Below are positions 49,126 to 61,457 of a stretch of DNA of 64,000 bases, piece by piece. The stretch's first letter is position 1. Each line of letters begins with the position of its first letter. The position numbers and the translations under genes were made by a program. Location: NCBI RefSeq assembly GCF_963921235.1, contig NW_026948142.1:62001-126000 (forward strand), given 5' to 3'. Source of the stretch: Mobula hypostoma. Its lineage: Eukaryota. Below the pieces are notes generated by a model that worked only from the letters and a program-made list of their open reading frames with translations, searched no databases and had not been told where the DNA came from.

Positions 49126-52100
49126 TAGAACTATAGAACCTTAGAACATTACAGCACAGAAACAGGCCTTTTGGCCCTTCTTGGCAGTACTGAACCATTT
49201 TTCTGCCTAGTCCCACTGACCTGCACCTGGACCATATCCCTCCATACACCGCTCATCCATGTACCTGTCCAAATTTTTCTTAAATGTTAAAAGTGAGCCT
49301 GCATTTACCACTTTATCTGGCAGCTTATTCTACACTCCCACCACTCTCTGTGTGAAGAAGCCCCCTTCCGAATATTCCCTTTAAACTTTCCCCCCCTCAC
49401 CCTTAATCCATGTCCTCTGGTTTTTTTCTCCCCTTGCCTCAGTGGAAAAAGCCTGCTTGCATTCACTCTATCAATACCCATCATAATTTTATATACCTCT
49501 ATCAAATCTCCCCTCATTCTTCTACGCTTCAGGGAATAAAGTCACAACCTATTCAACCTTTCTCTGTAACTCAGTTTCTCAAGTCCCGGCAACATCCTTG
49601 TAAACCTTCTCTGCACTCTTTCAACCTTATTTATATCCTTCCTGTAATTTGGTGACCAAAACTGCACACAATACTACAGATTCGGCCTCACTAATGCCTT
49701 ATGCAACCTCACCATAACATCCCAACTCTTATACTCAATTGATTTATAAAGGCCAATGTACCAAAAGCTCTCTTTACGACCCTATCTACCTGTGACACCA
49801 CTTTTAGGGAATTTTGTATCTGTATTCTCAGATCCTTCTGTTCTACTGCACTCCTCAGTGCCTTACCATTTACCCTGTATGTTCTACCTTTGTTTGTCCT
49901 TCCAAAGTGCAATACCTCACACTTGTCTGTATTAAACTCCATCTGCCATTTTTCAGCCCATTTTTCCAGCCGGTCCAAGTCCCTCTGCAGTCTCTGAAAA
50001 CCTTCCTCACTGTCTACTACACCTCCAATCTTTGTATCATCAGCAAATTTGCTGATCCAATTGACCACATTATCATCCAGATCATTGATATAGATGACAA
50101 ATAACAATGGACCCAGCACTGATCCCTGTGGCACACCACTAGTCATAGGCCTCCACTCAGAGAAGCAATCCTCCACTACCACTCTCTAGCTTCTTCAAAT
50201 GAGCCAATATCTAATCAAATTTACTACCTCCCCAGGTATACCTAGCGACTGAATCTTCCTAACTAACCTCCCATGCGGGACCTTGTCAAAGGCCTTACTG
50301 AAGTCCATGTAGACAACATCCACCGCGTTCCCTTCATCCACTTTCCTGGTAAACTCCTCGAAAAACTCTAATAGATTGATTAAACATAACCTACCCTGCA
50401 CAAAGCCATGTTGACTCTCCTTAATAAGTCCCTGGCTATCCAAAAACTTGTAGACCCTATCTCTTAGTACTCCTTCCAATAATTTACCTAATACCGACGT
50501 CAATCCTACCAGCCTATAATTTCCCGGGTTACTTTTAGAGCCTTTTTAAAATAACGGAACAACATGAGCAGTCCTCCAGCAACTCACCCATAGATACCGA
50601 CATTTTAAATATATCTGCCAGGGCCCCTGCAATTTCAACACTAGTCTCCTTCAAAGTCCGAGGGAATACCCTGTCAGGTCCTGGGGATTTGCCTCAAGAT
50701 AGCAAGCACCTCCTCCTCCTCAATCTGTATAGGTTCCATGACCTCACTACTTATTTGCCTTATTTCCATTGACTCCATGCCAGTTTTCTTAGACAGACGC
50801 AAAAATCCCATTTAAAATTTCCCCCACTTCTTTTGGTTCCATACATAGCCGACCACTCTGATCTTCAAGAGGACCAATTTTATCCCTTATTATCCTTTTG
50901 CTCTTAATATACCTGTAGAAGCTCTTTGGATTATCCTTCACCTTGACTGCCAAAGCAACCTTATGTCTTCTTTTAGCCCTCCTGATTTCTTTCTTAAGTT
51001 TTTTTTTTAACTTTTTATACTCCTCAAACACCTTATTTGCTCCCTGTTTCCTACACATGTCATACATCTCTCTCTTCTCCTTTATCAGAGTTGCAATATC
51101 CCTTGAGAACCAAGATTCCTTATTCTTATTCACTTTGCCTTTAATCCTGACAGGAACATACAAACTCTGCACTCTCAAAAATTCTCCTTTGAAGGCCTCC
51201 CACTTACCAATCACATCCTTGCCAGAGAACAACCTGTCCCAATCCACGCTTTTTAGAACCTTGACGAAGGGTCTCGGCCTGAAACGTCGACTGTACCTCT
51301 TCCTAGAGATGCTGCCTGGCCTGCTGTGTTCACCAGCAACTTTGATGTGTGTTGCTTGAATTTCCAGCAACTGCAGAATTCCTCTTGTTTGCCTTTTTAG
51401 ATCCTTTCTCATTTCTTCAAATTTGGCCTTTTTCCAGTTTAGAACCTCAACCCGAGGACCAGATCTATCTTTATCTATGATCAAGTTGAAACTAATAGTG
51501 TTATGATCACTGGAACCAAAGTGTTCCCCTACACACACTTCTGTCACCTGTCCTAACTCGTATCCTAACAGGAGATCTAATATTGCACCCTCTCTAGCTG
51601 GTACCTCTATATATTGATTCAGAAAACTTTCCTGAACACATTTTACAAACTCTAACCCATCTAGACCTTTATCAGTATGGGAATCCCAATCAATATGTGG
51701 AAAACTAAAAACTAAAATCCCCTACTTTATGTTTCCTGCAGTTGTCTGCTATCTCTCTGCAGATTTGCTCCTCCAATTCTCGCTGACTATTGGGTGGGCT
51801 ATAATACAACCGATTAATGTGGTCATACCTTTCCTGTTTCTCAGCTTCACCCATACGGCTTCAGTGGACAAGCCCTCTAATCTGTCCTGCCTGAGCACTG
51901 CTGTAACATTTTCCCTGACCAGCAATGCTACCCCACCCCCCACCCTTCATTCCTCTGCCTCTATCACATCTGAAACAGCAGAACCCTGGAACATTAAGCT
52001 GCCAGTCCTGCCCCTCCTGCAGCCAAGTTTCACTAATGGCTATAATGTCGTAATTCCATGTGTCAATCCACACCTTCAGCTCATCAACCTTCCCCACAAT

Positions 52101-52165
52101 ACTCCTCGCATTGAAATAGACACACCTCAGTAGATTATTAATACCACACACAACCCTTCTATTAG
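49126..52165 (-). mobile_element. CR1 ORF2 (EN to tail), decayed
   Basis: ORFs 51861-52151 (YFNARSIVGK), 50789-51547, 50195-50503 and 49709-50182. Confidence 0.9.
51263..51392 (+). mobile_element. Young 130-bp PLE-terminus unit, truncated inside the hammerhead core
   Basis: TSD CTTTTTAGA(A/T)CCTT (51249-51262 and 51393-51406). Nearly identical to the reverse complement of 4523-4650. Confidence 0.85.
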
Positions 52166-52909
52166 GGGATTTTTTTCACTGTCTCTGAAATGCTCGCCCA
52201 TTGAGAGGTTTGTCATCTGACCAGGTTCATTGCCCAGTCTCAGATCCAGTATGGCCTCTTCTCCGGTCAGCCTGACTATGTATTGTACCAGGACTCCTTC
52301 CTGGACACCTGACAAACTCCACCCCGTCTGAACCTTCTGCACTGAGGAAGTGCCAATCAGTATTGTGAAAGTTGGAGTCACCTGCCTGCTATTTTTGCAC
52401 TTCTCCAAAATCTGGCTACTTACCTGTTCCTCACTGGCCCTGTTGCTATTGTGGGGGGAGTGGGGGAGGGGTCTACAGAATACTGCATGGCATGATTGTT
52501 CCCTTTCTGTTTGGACTTCCACCCACACTGACTCAATGGATGATCCCTCCAGGAAGTCCTCCCTTTCTGCATCTGACACACTATCCCTGACGACAATCTC
52601 AAGAAGGATGTCGATACTTTGGAGAGGCTGCAGAAGAGGTTTACTACGATGCAGCCTGAATTACAAACTCTTGCTTTTTTACATATCCAGTGGCATTGGT
52701 CATGATCTCTTTAATTTACTTTTACAGTTATGAAGATATTAAGGCAAACCAACTGAAATCACAAATTCTAACACATTCCCTAATGATCGCTAACCTTCAC
52801 TAATAATCCCTAACTTTAGTTCCAAACATTAGCAACAGCGTCTGGGACATTTCATGGGCTTGGTCAACATGGCCATTCTTCATCATCTGAGTAATTAATT
52901 TATTTCTAT

Positions 52910-53528
52910 TTGCCTTCTATAGATGTGTAGTGGAGCGTGTATTGACTGGCTGCATCACAGCCTGGTATCGAACATAGAATAGTACAGCACAGTACAGGCC
53001 CTTGGCCCACAACGTACGGAAACACCAACACCCTTGAACAGAAAATCTTACAGAAGTAATGGATTCAACCCTACCCCACCACTGAGCACATCTACATCAA
53101 ACACTGTTGCAGGAAAGCAGCATCCATCATCAGAGATCCTCACCTCCCAGGCCATGCTCTCTTCTTTCTGCTTCCATCAGGAAGACAGTACAAGAGCCTC
53201 AGGACTCACACCACCAGGTTCAGTTATTACCCCTCAACCAGCAGGCTCTTGAACTAGAGAGGGTAACGTCACTTGCCCCCATCACTGAACTGTTCCACAA
53301 CTCTTAATCTCATGTTCTTGATATTTATTGCTAATTTATTTGTTATTATGATCGTTTCTCTTCTGTATTTTGCCCATTGGTTGTTTGTATCCTCCCCTCC
53401 CCCCCCCCCATTGTGTGTAGTCTTTCATTGAGCCTGTTATGGTTCTTGGATTTACTGAGTACGCCCACGGGAAAACCAATCTGACATATATGTACTTTGA
53501 TAATAAATGTACATTGAACTTTGAACTT
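52910..53528 (+). mobile_element. Rex1 3'-end fragment
   Basis: FYRCVVE..LTGCITAWY, the IIRDP.H region and a TTGAACT tail; contains a small CR1-tail insert at ~52970-53012. Confidence 0.65.
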
Positions 53529-54896
53529 TTATAATAACAGGGTAGAGGCTGCCCTTCCCTTAAGCCTATTGGCTCATGTTGTCAGGCTTTTGTATCTTCT
53601 GTCCAATGGGAGGGAGGGAGCAATTTTGTGGGAAATCAATGCTGCTATCAGACCCATCACAACAATATTGCTCAGATACTGACATGATTTTATTTTACCT
53701 GTTTAACAGGTCTGTATTCAGACCTCTCATAGTGGGAAGGTTTGCTTGTGCTGCACGGGGGAGGGGGGAGGTGTTTAAACTAGAATGCCGGGAGATGGGA
53801 ACAGCTAGTAAAGAGACTATGGAAACTGTTGATGTTAAGACTTCAGAAAAAGTCTGGAATAAAAAGGTTAAGCATGGTGCAACAAATCTGAGCTGAGGAT
53901 ATTTCAATGCCAGAATTATGGTAGGAAAGGCAGTTATTCCTTCTATGTTATCAACACTTTCTGAATTCAGTAGTTTTTCTGGCTATAAATTAAATTTACA
54001 TAAAAGTGAGTTATTTCCTATTAATAATTACTCGGATCCAAATCATCAAATACCTTTTACTATTGCTAAAAATTACTTTACCTATCTTGGTATTAAAATT
54101 ACTAAAAAATTTTAAGGATCTATATACATATAATTTTTTTCCATTAATTGGCTACACCAAACAAATGCTCTCTAAATGGTCTCCTAAGACCTTATCATTA
54201 ATAGGTCGAATTAATGCTATTAAAATGATAGCTTTACTGAAATTTTTATACATATTTCAGGCAGTTCCCTCTTTTGTTCCTAAAAAGTTCTTTCACAGAA
54301 TAGATTCTATAATTTCATTTTATATTTACTTATAAAAATCCTAGATTGAGTAAACCCTTATTGCAGAAATTGAAAAAGGATGGTGGTATGGCTTTGCCTA
54401 ATTTTAGAATGCACTATTGGGCAATCAATATTCGATATACGTATTACTTTGATATTCATGGTTGGATCTTGAGGTAAGCTCAGTGAAAGGTTTTTCTTTG
54501 GCCTCTTTACTGGGAGCTCCTCTTCCCTTTTTGTTTTCTAAGATTAACAGACAAGAATTTAATCCCATTATTAAACATACTTTAAGAACTAAATATTCCT
54601 GGATTTCGTTGCTTCAGGTGTGGTAGAATCAGAGGGACAAGAGGGGGAGGTGTTGCATTACTTGTCAGAGAAAATATTACAGCGGTGCTCTGGCAGGATA
54701 ATTTAGAGAGTTCATCCAGGGAGGCTATTTGGGTGGAATTGAGGAATGGAAAAGGTGTAGTAACACTTATAGGGGTGTATTATAGACCACCTAATGGGCA
54801 GCGAGAAGTGGAGGAGCAAATTTGTTAGGAGATAGCAGATATTTGTAGTAAGCACAAGGTTGTGATTGTGGGAGATTTTAATTTTCTGCACATAGA

Positions 54897-57686
54897 AACA
54901 TGGAAAATAGGTGCAGGAGTAGGCCATTTGGCCCTTCGAGCCTGCACCGCCATTCAGTATGATCATGGCTGATCATCCAACTCAGAACCCTGTACCTACC
55001 GTCTCTCCATACTCCCTGATCCCTTTAGCCACAAGGGCCACATCTAACTCCCTCTTAAATATAGCCAGTGAACTGGCCTCAACTGTTTCCTATGGCAGAG
55101 AATTCCACAGATTCACCACTCCCTGTGTGAAGTTGTTTTTCCTCATCTTGGTCCTAAAAGGCTTCCCCTTTATCCTTAAACTGTGACCCCTCATTCTGGA
55201 CTTCCTCAACATCAGGAACAATCTTCCTGCATCTAGCCTGTCCAATCCCTTTAGGATTTTATACATTTCAATCAGATCCCCCCTCAATCTTCTAAATTCC
55301 AGAAAGTATAAGCCTAGTCAATCCAGTCTTTCTTCATATGAAAGTCCTGTCATCCCAGGAATCAATCTGGTGAACCTTCTTTGTACTCCCTCTATGGCAA
55401 GAATGTCTTTCCTCAGATTAGGGGACCAAAACTGCACACAATACTCCAGGTGTGGTCTCATCAAGGCCTTGTACAACTGCAATAGTACCTCCCTGCTTCT
55501 GTACTCAAATCCTCTTGCTATGAATGCCAGCATACCATTCGCCTTTTTCACCGCCTGCTGTACCTGCATGCCCACTTTCAATGACTGGTGTACAATGACA
55601 CCCAGGTCTCGTTGCACCTCCCCTTTCCTAATCGGCCACCATTCAGATAATAATCTGTTTTCCTGTTTTTGCCACGAAAGTGGATAACCTCACATTTATC
55701 CACATTAAATTGAATCTGCCATGAAATTGCCCACTCACCTAACCTATCCAAGTCACCCTGCATCCTCTTAGCATCTTCCTCACAGCTAACACTGCCGCCC
55801 AGCTTCATGTCATCTGCAAACTTGGAGATGCTGCATTTAATTCCCTCGTCTAAGTCATTAATATATATTGTAAACAACTGGGGTCCCAGCACTGAGCCTT
55901 GCGGTACCCCACTAGTCACTGCCTGCCATTCTGAAAAGGTCCCGTTTATTCCCACTCTTTGCTTCCTGTCTGCTAACCAATTCTCTATCCACATCAATAC
56001 CATGTGCTTTAAGTTTGCACACTAATCTCCTGTGTGGGGACTTGTCAAAAGCCTTTTGAAAATCCAAATATACCACATCTACTGGTTCTCCCCTATCCAC
56101 CCTACTAGTTACATCCTCAAAAAATTCTATAAGATTCGCAAACATGATTTTCCTTTCACAAATCCATGCTGACTTTGTCCGATGATTTCACCGCTTTCCA
56201 AATGTGCTGTTATCACATCTTTGATAACTGACTCTAGCATTTTCCCCACCACTGATGTCAGGCTAACCAGTCTATAATTCCCCGGTTTCTCTCTCCCTCC
56301 TTTTTTAAAAAGCGGGGTTACATTAGCCACCCTCCAATCCTCAGGAACTAATCCAGAATCTAAAGAGTTTTGAAAAATTATCACTAATGCATCCACTATT
56401 TCTTGGGCTACTTCCTTAAGCACTCTGGAATGCAGACCATCTGGCCCTGGGGATTTATCTGCCTTTAATCCTTTCAATTTACCTAACACCACTTCCCTAC
56501 TAACATGTATTTCCCTCAGTTCCTCCATCTCACTGGACCCTCTGTCCCCTACTATTTCCGGAAGATTATTTATGTCCTCCTTAGTGAAGACAGAACCAAA
56601 GTAATTATTCAATTGGTCTGCCATGTCCTTGTTCCCCATGATCAATTCACCTGCTTCTGACTGTAAGGGACTTACATTTGTCTTAACCAATCTTTTTCTT
56701 TTCACATATCTATAAAAGCTTTTACAGTCAGTTTTTATGTTCCCTGCCAGCTTTCTCTCATAATCTCTTTTCCCTTTTCTAATTAAGCCCTTTGTCCTCC
56801 TCTGCTGGACTCTGAATTTCTCCCAGTCCTCAGGTGTGCTGCTTTTTCTGGCTAATTTGTATGCTTCTTCTTTGGAATTGATACTATCCCTAATTTCCCT
56901 TGTCAGCCATGGGTGCACTACCTTCCCTGGTTTATTCTTTTGCCAAACTGGGATGAACAATTGTTGTAGTTCATCCATCCGATCTTTAAGTGTTTGCCAT
57001 TGCATATCCACCATCAACCCTTTAAGTATCATTTGCCAGTCTATCTTAACTAATTCACATCTCATACCTTCAAAGTTACCCTTCTTTAAGTTCAGAACCT
57101 TTGTTTCTGAATTAACTATGTCACTCTCCATCTTAATGAAGAATTCCACCATATTATGGTCACTCTTACCCAAGGGGCTTCGCATGACAAGATTGCTAAC
57201 TAACCCTTCCTCATTGGTCAATACCCAGTCTAGAATGGCCTGGTCTCTAGTTGGTTGCTCAACGTGTTGGTTCAGAAAACCATCCCGCATACATTCCAAG
57301 AAATCCTCTTCCTCAGCACCTTTACAAATTTGGTTCACCCAATCTATATGTAGATTGAAGTCACCCATTATAACTGCTGTTCCTTTATTGCACGCATTTC
57401 TAATTTCCTGTTTAATGCCATCCCCAACCTCACTACTACTGTTAGATGGCCTGTACTCAACTCCCACCAGTGTTTTTTGCCCCTTAGTGTAGCTCTACCC
57501 ATATCGATTCCACATCCTCCAGGCTAATGTCCTTCCTTTCTATTGCGTTAATCTCCTCTCTAACCAGCAACGCTACCCCAGCTCCTTTTCTTTCATGTCT
57601 ATCCCTCCTGAATATTGAATATCTCTGAATGTTGAGCTCCCATCCTTGGTCACCCTGGAGCCATGTCTCTGTGATCCTAACTATAT
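54897..57686 (-). mobile_element. Young CR1 ORF2
   Basis: 446-aa ORF 56127-57467 plus RT ORFs; TSD CATAGA (54891-54896 and 57687-57692). Confidence 0.92.
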
Positions 57687-59529
57687 CATAGACTGTAAAA
57701 GGGCTGGATGGTTTGGAGTTTGTAAAATGTGTGCAGGATAGTTTTTTGCAGCAATACATAGAGGTACCAACTAGAGAAGGGGCAGTGTTGGATCTCCTGT
57801 TAGGGAATGAGATTGGTCGGGTGACGGAGGTTTGTGTTGGGGAGCACTTCGGGTCCAGTGATCACAATGCCGTTAGTTTCAATATAATAATGGAGAAGGA
57901 TTGGTTTGGACCCAGGGTTGATATTTTTGATTGGAGAAAGACTAACTTTGAGGAGATGCGAAAAGATTTAGAAGGAGTGGATTGGGACAAATTGTTTTAT
58001 GGGAAGGATGTAATAGAGAAATGGAGGTCATTTAAAGGTGAAATTTTGAGGGTACAGAATCTTTATTTTCCTGTTAGGTTGAAAGGAAGGGTTAAAAGTT
58101 TGAGAGAGCCATGGTTTTCAAGGGATATTGGAAACTTGGTTCGGAAAAAGAGAGATAGCTACAATAAATATAGGCAGCATGGAGTAAATGAGGTTCTCGA
58201 GGAATATAAAGAATGTAAAAAGAATCTTAAGAAAGAAATTAGAAAAGCTAAAACAAGATACGAGGTTGCTTTGGCAAGTAGGGTAAAAATAAATCCAAAG
58301 GGTTTCTACAGTTATATTAATAGCAAAAGGATAGTGAGGGGATCAAATTGGTCCTTTAGAGAATCAGAGTGGACAGCTATGTGTGGAACCAAAAGAGATG
58401 GGGGAGATTTTGAACAAATTCTTTTCTTCAATATTCACTGAGGAGAAGGATATTGAATTGTGTAAGGTTAGGGAAACAGGTAGGGAAGTTATGGAAACTA
58501 TGATGATTAAAGAAGAGGAAGTACTGACGCTTTTAAGGAATATAAAAGTGGATAAGTCTCTGGGTCCTGACAAGATATTCCCTAGGACCTTGAGGGAAAT
58601 TAGTGTAGAAATAGCAAGGGCTCTGACAGAAATATTTCAAATATCATTAGAAACGGGGATGGTGCCAGAGGATTGGCATATTGCTCATGTTGTTCCATCA
58701 TTTAAAAAGGGGTCTAAGAGTAAACCTAGCAATTATCGGCCTGTGAGTTTGACATCAGTGATGGGTAATTTGATGGAAAGTATGCTTAGAGATGGTATAT
58801 ATAATCACCTGGATAGACAGGGTCTGATTAGGAACATTCAACATGGATTTGTGCGTGGAAGGTCATGTTTGACAAATCTTAATGAATTTTTTGAAGAGAT
58901 TACTAGGCAAGTTGACGAGGGTAGAGCAGTGGATATTGTCTATATGGACTTCAGTAAGGCCTTTGACAAGGTTCCACACGGAAGGTTAGTTAGGAAGGTT
59001 CAATCGTTAGGTATTAATATTGAAGTAGTAAAATGGATACAGCAGTGGCTGGATGGGAGACGCTAGAGAGTAGTAGTGGATAACTGTTTGTCAGATTGGA
59101 GGCCAGTGTCTAATGGTGTGCCTCAGGGATCTGTACTGGGTCCAATGTTGTTTGTCATATACATTAATGATCTGAATAATGGGGTGGTAAATTGGATGAG
59201 GTAAGTATGCAGATGATACTCAGATATGTGGAGCTGTGGATAATGAAGGAGGTTTTCAAAGTTTGCAGAGAGATTTAGGCCAGTTAGTAGAGTGGGCTGA
59301 AAGATGGCAGATGAAGTTTAATACTGATAAATTGAGGTGCTACGTTTTGGTAGGACTAATCAAAATAGGACATACATGGTAAATGGTGGGGTATTGAAGA
59401 ATGCAGTAGAACAGAGGGATCTAGGAATAATGGTGCATCATTCCCTGAAGGTGGAACCTCATGTGGATAGGCTGGTGAAGAAAGCTTTTGGTATGCTGGC
59501 CTTTATAAATCAGAGCATTGAATATAGGA

Positions 59530-61457
59530 AACAACAGGAATTCTGCAGATGCTGGAAATTCAAGCAACATACATCAAAGTTGCTGGTGAACGCAGCAGGC
59601 CAAGCAACATCTATAGGAAGAGGCGCAGTCGACGTTTCAGGCCGAGACCCTTCGTCAGGACTAACTGAAGGAAGAGTGAGTAAGGGATTTGAAAGCTGGA
59701 GGGGGAGGGGGAGATGCAAAATGATAGGAGAAGACAGGAGGGGGAGGGATAGAGCCGAGAGCTGGACAGGTGATAGGCAAAAGGGGATACGAGAGGATCA
59801 TGGGACAGGAGGTCCGGGAAGAAAGACAAGCGGGGGGGTGACCCAGAGGATGGGCAAGAGGTATATTCAGAGGGACAGAGGGAGAAAAAGGAGAGTGAGA
59901 GAAAGAATGTGTGCATAAAAATGAGTAACAGATGGGGTACGAGGGGGAGGTGGGGCCTAGCGGAAGTTAGAGAAGTCAATGTTCATGCCATCAGGTTGGA
60001 GGCTATCCAGACGGAATATAAGGTGTTGTTCCTCCAACCTGAGTGTGGCTTCATCTTTACAGTAGAGGAGGCCGTGGATAGACATGTCAGAATGGGAATG
60101 GGATGTGGAATTAAAATGTATGGCCACTGGGAGATCCTGCTTTCTCTGGCGGACAGAGCGTAGATGTTCAGCAAAGCGGTCTCCCAGTCTGCGTCGGGTC
60201 TCACCAATATATAAAGGGCCACATTGGGAGCACCGGACGCAGTATATCACCCCAGTCGACTCACAGGTGAAGTGATGCCTCACCTGGAAGGACTGTTTGG
60301 GGCCCTGAATGGTGGTAAGGGAGGAAGTGTAAGGGCATGTGTAGCACTTGTTCCGCTTACACAGATAAGTGCCAGGAGGGAGATCAGTGGGGAGGGATGG
60401 GGGGGACGAATGGACAAGGGAGTTGTGTAGGGAGCAATCCCTGCGGAATGCAGAGAGGGGGGGAGGGAAAGATGTGCTTAGTGGTGGGATCCCGTTGGAG
60501 GTGGCGGAAGTTACGGAGAATAATATGTTGGACCCGGAGGCTGGTGGGGTGGTAGGTGAGGACCAGGCGAACCCTATTCCTAATGGGGTGGTGGGAGGAT
60601 GGAGTGAGAGCAGATGTACATGAAATGGGGGAGATGCGTTTAAGAGCAGAGTTGATAGTGGAGGAAGGGAAGCCCCTTTCTTTAAAAAATGAAGACATCT
60701 CCCTCGTCCTAGAATGAAAAGCCTCATCCTGAGAGCAGATGCGGCGGAGACGGAGGAATTGCGAGAAGGGGATGGCGTTTTTGCAAGAGACAGGGTGAGA
60801 AGAGGAATAGTCCAGATAGCTGTGAGAGTCAGTAGGCTTATAGTAGACATCAGTGGATAAGCTGTCTCCAGAGACAGAGACAGAAAGATCTAGAAAGGGG
60901 AGGGAGGTGTCAGAAATGGACCAGGTAAACTTGAGGGCAGGGTGAAAGTTGGAGGGAAAGTTAATAAAGTCAATGAGTTCTGCATGCGTGCAGGAAGCAG
61001 TGCCAATGCAGTCGTCGATGTAGCGAAGGAAAAGTGGGGGACAGATACCAGAATAGGCACGGAACATAGATTGTTCCACAAACCCAACAAAAAGGCAGGC
61101 ATAGCTAGGACCCATACGGGTGCCCATAGCTACACTTCTAGTTTGGAGGAAATGGGAGGAGCCAAAGGAGAAATTATTAAGAGTAAGGACTAATTCCGCT
61201 AGACGGAGCAGAGTAGTGGTAGAGGGGAACTGATTAGGTCTGGAATCCAAAAAGAAGCGGAGAGCTTTGAGACCTTCCTGATGGGGGATGGAAGTATATA
61301 AGGACTGGACATCCATGGTGAAAATAAAGCGGTGGGGGCCAGGGAACTTAAAATCATCGAAAAGTTTAAGAGCGTGAGAAGTGTCAAGAACATAGGTCGG
61401 AAGGGATTGAACAAGGGGTGATAAAACAGTGTCGAGGTATGTAGGATATAGGATATG
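59530..61457 (-). mobile_element. Penelope-like element, copy 2
   Basis: TSD TTGAATATAGGA (59518-59529 and 61458-61469). RT ORF 60384-61547 and GIY-YIG ORF 59957-60850 are nearly identical to copy 1. Confidence 0.93.
59627..59662 (-). ncRNA. Minimal type-I hammerhead ribozyme motif (PLE copy 2)
   Basis: Identical 36-nt motif to 4621-4656. Confidence 0.8.

Noticed and set aside
56836..57492. Long antisense ORFs over CR1 and PLE coding regions
   Set aside because: These are shadow frames of retroelement ORFs with no independent coding evidence.
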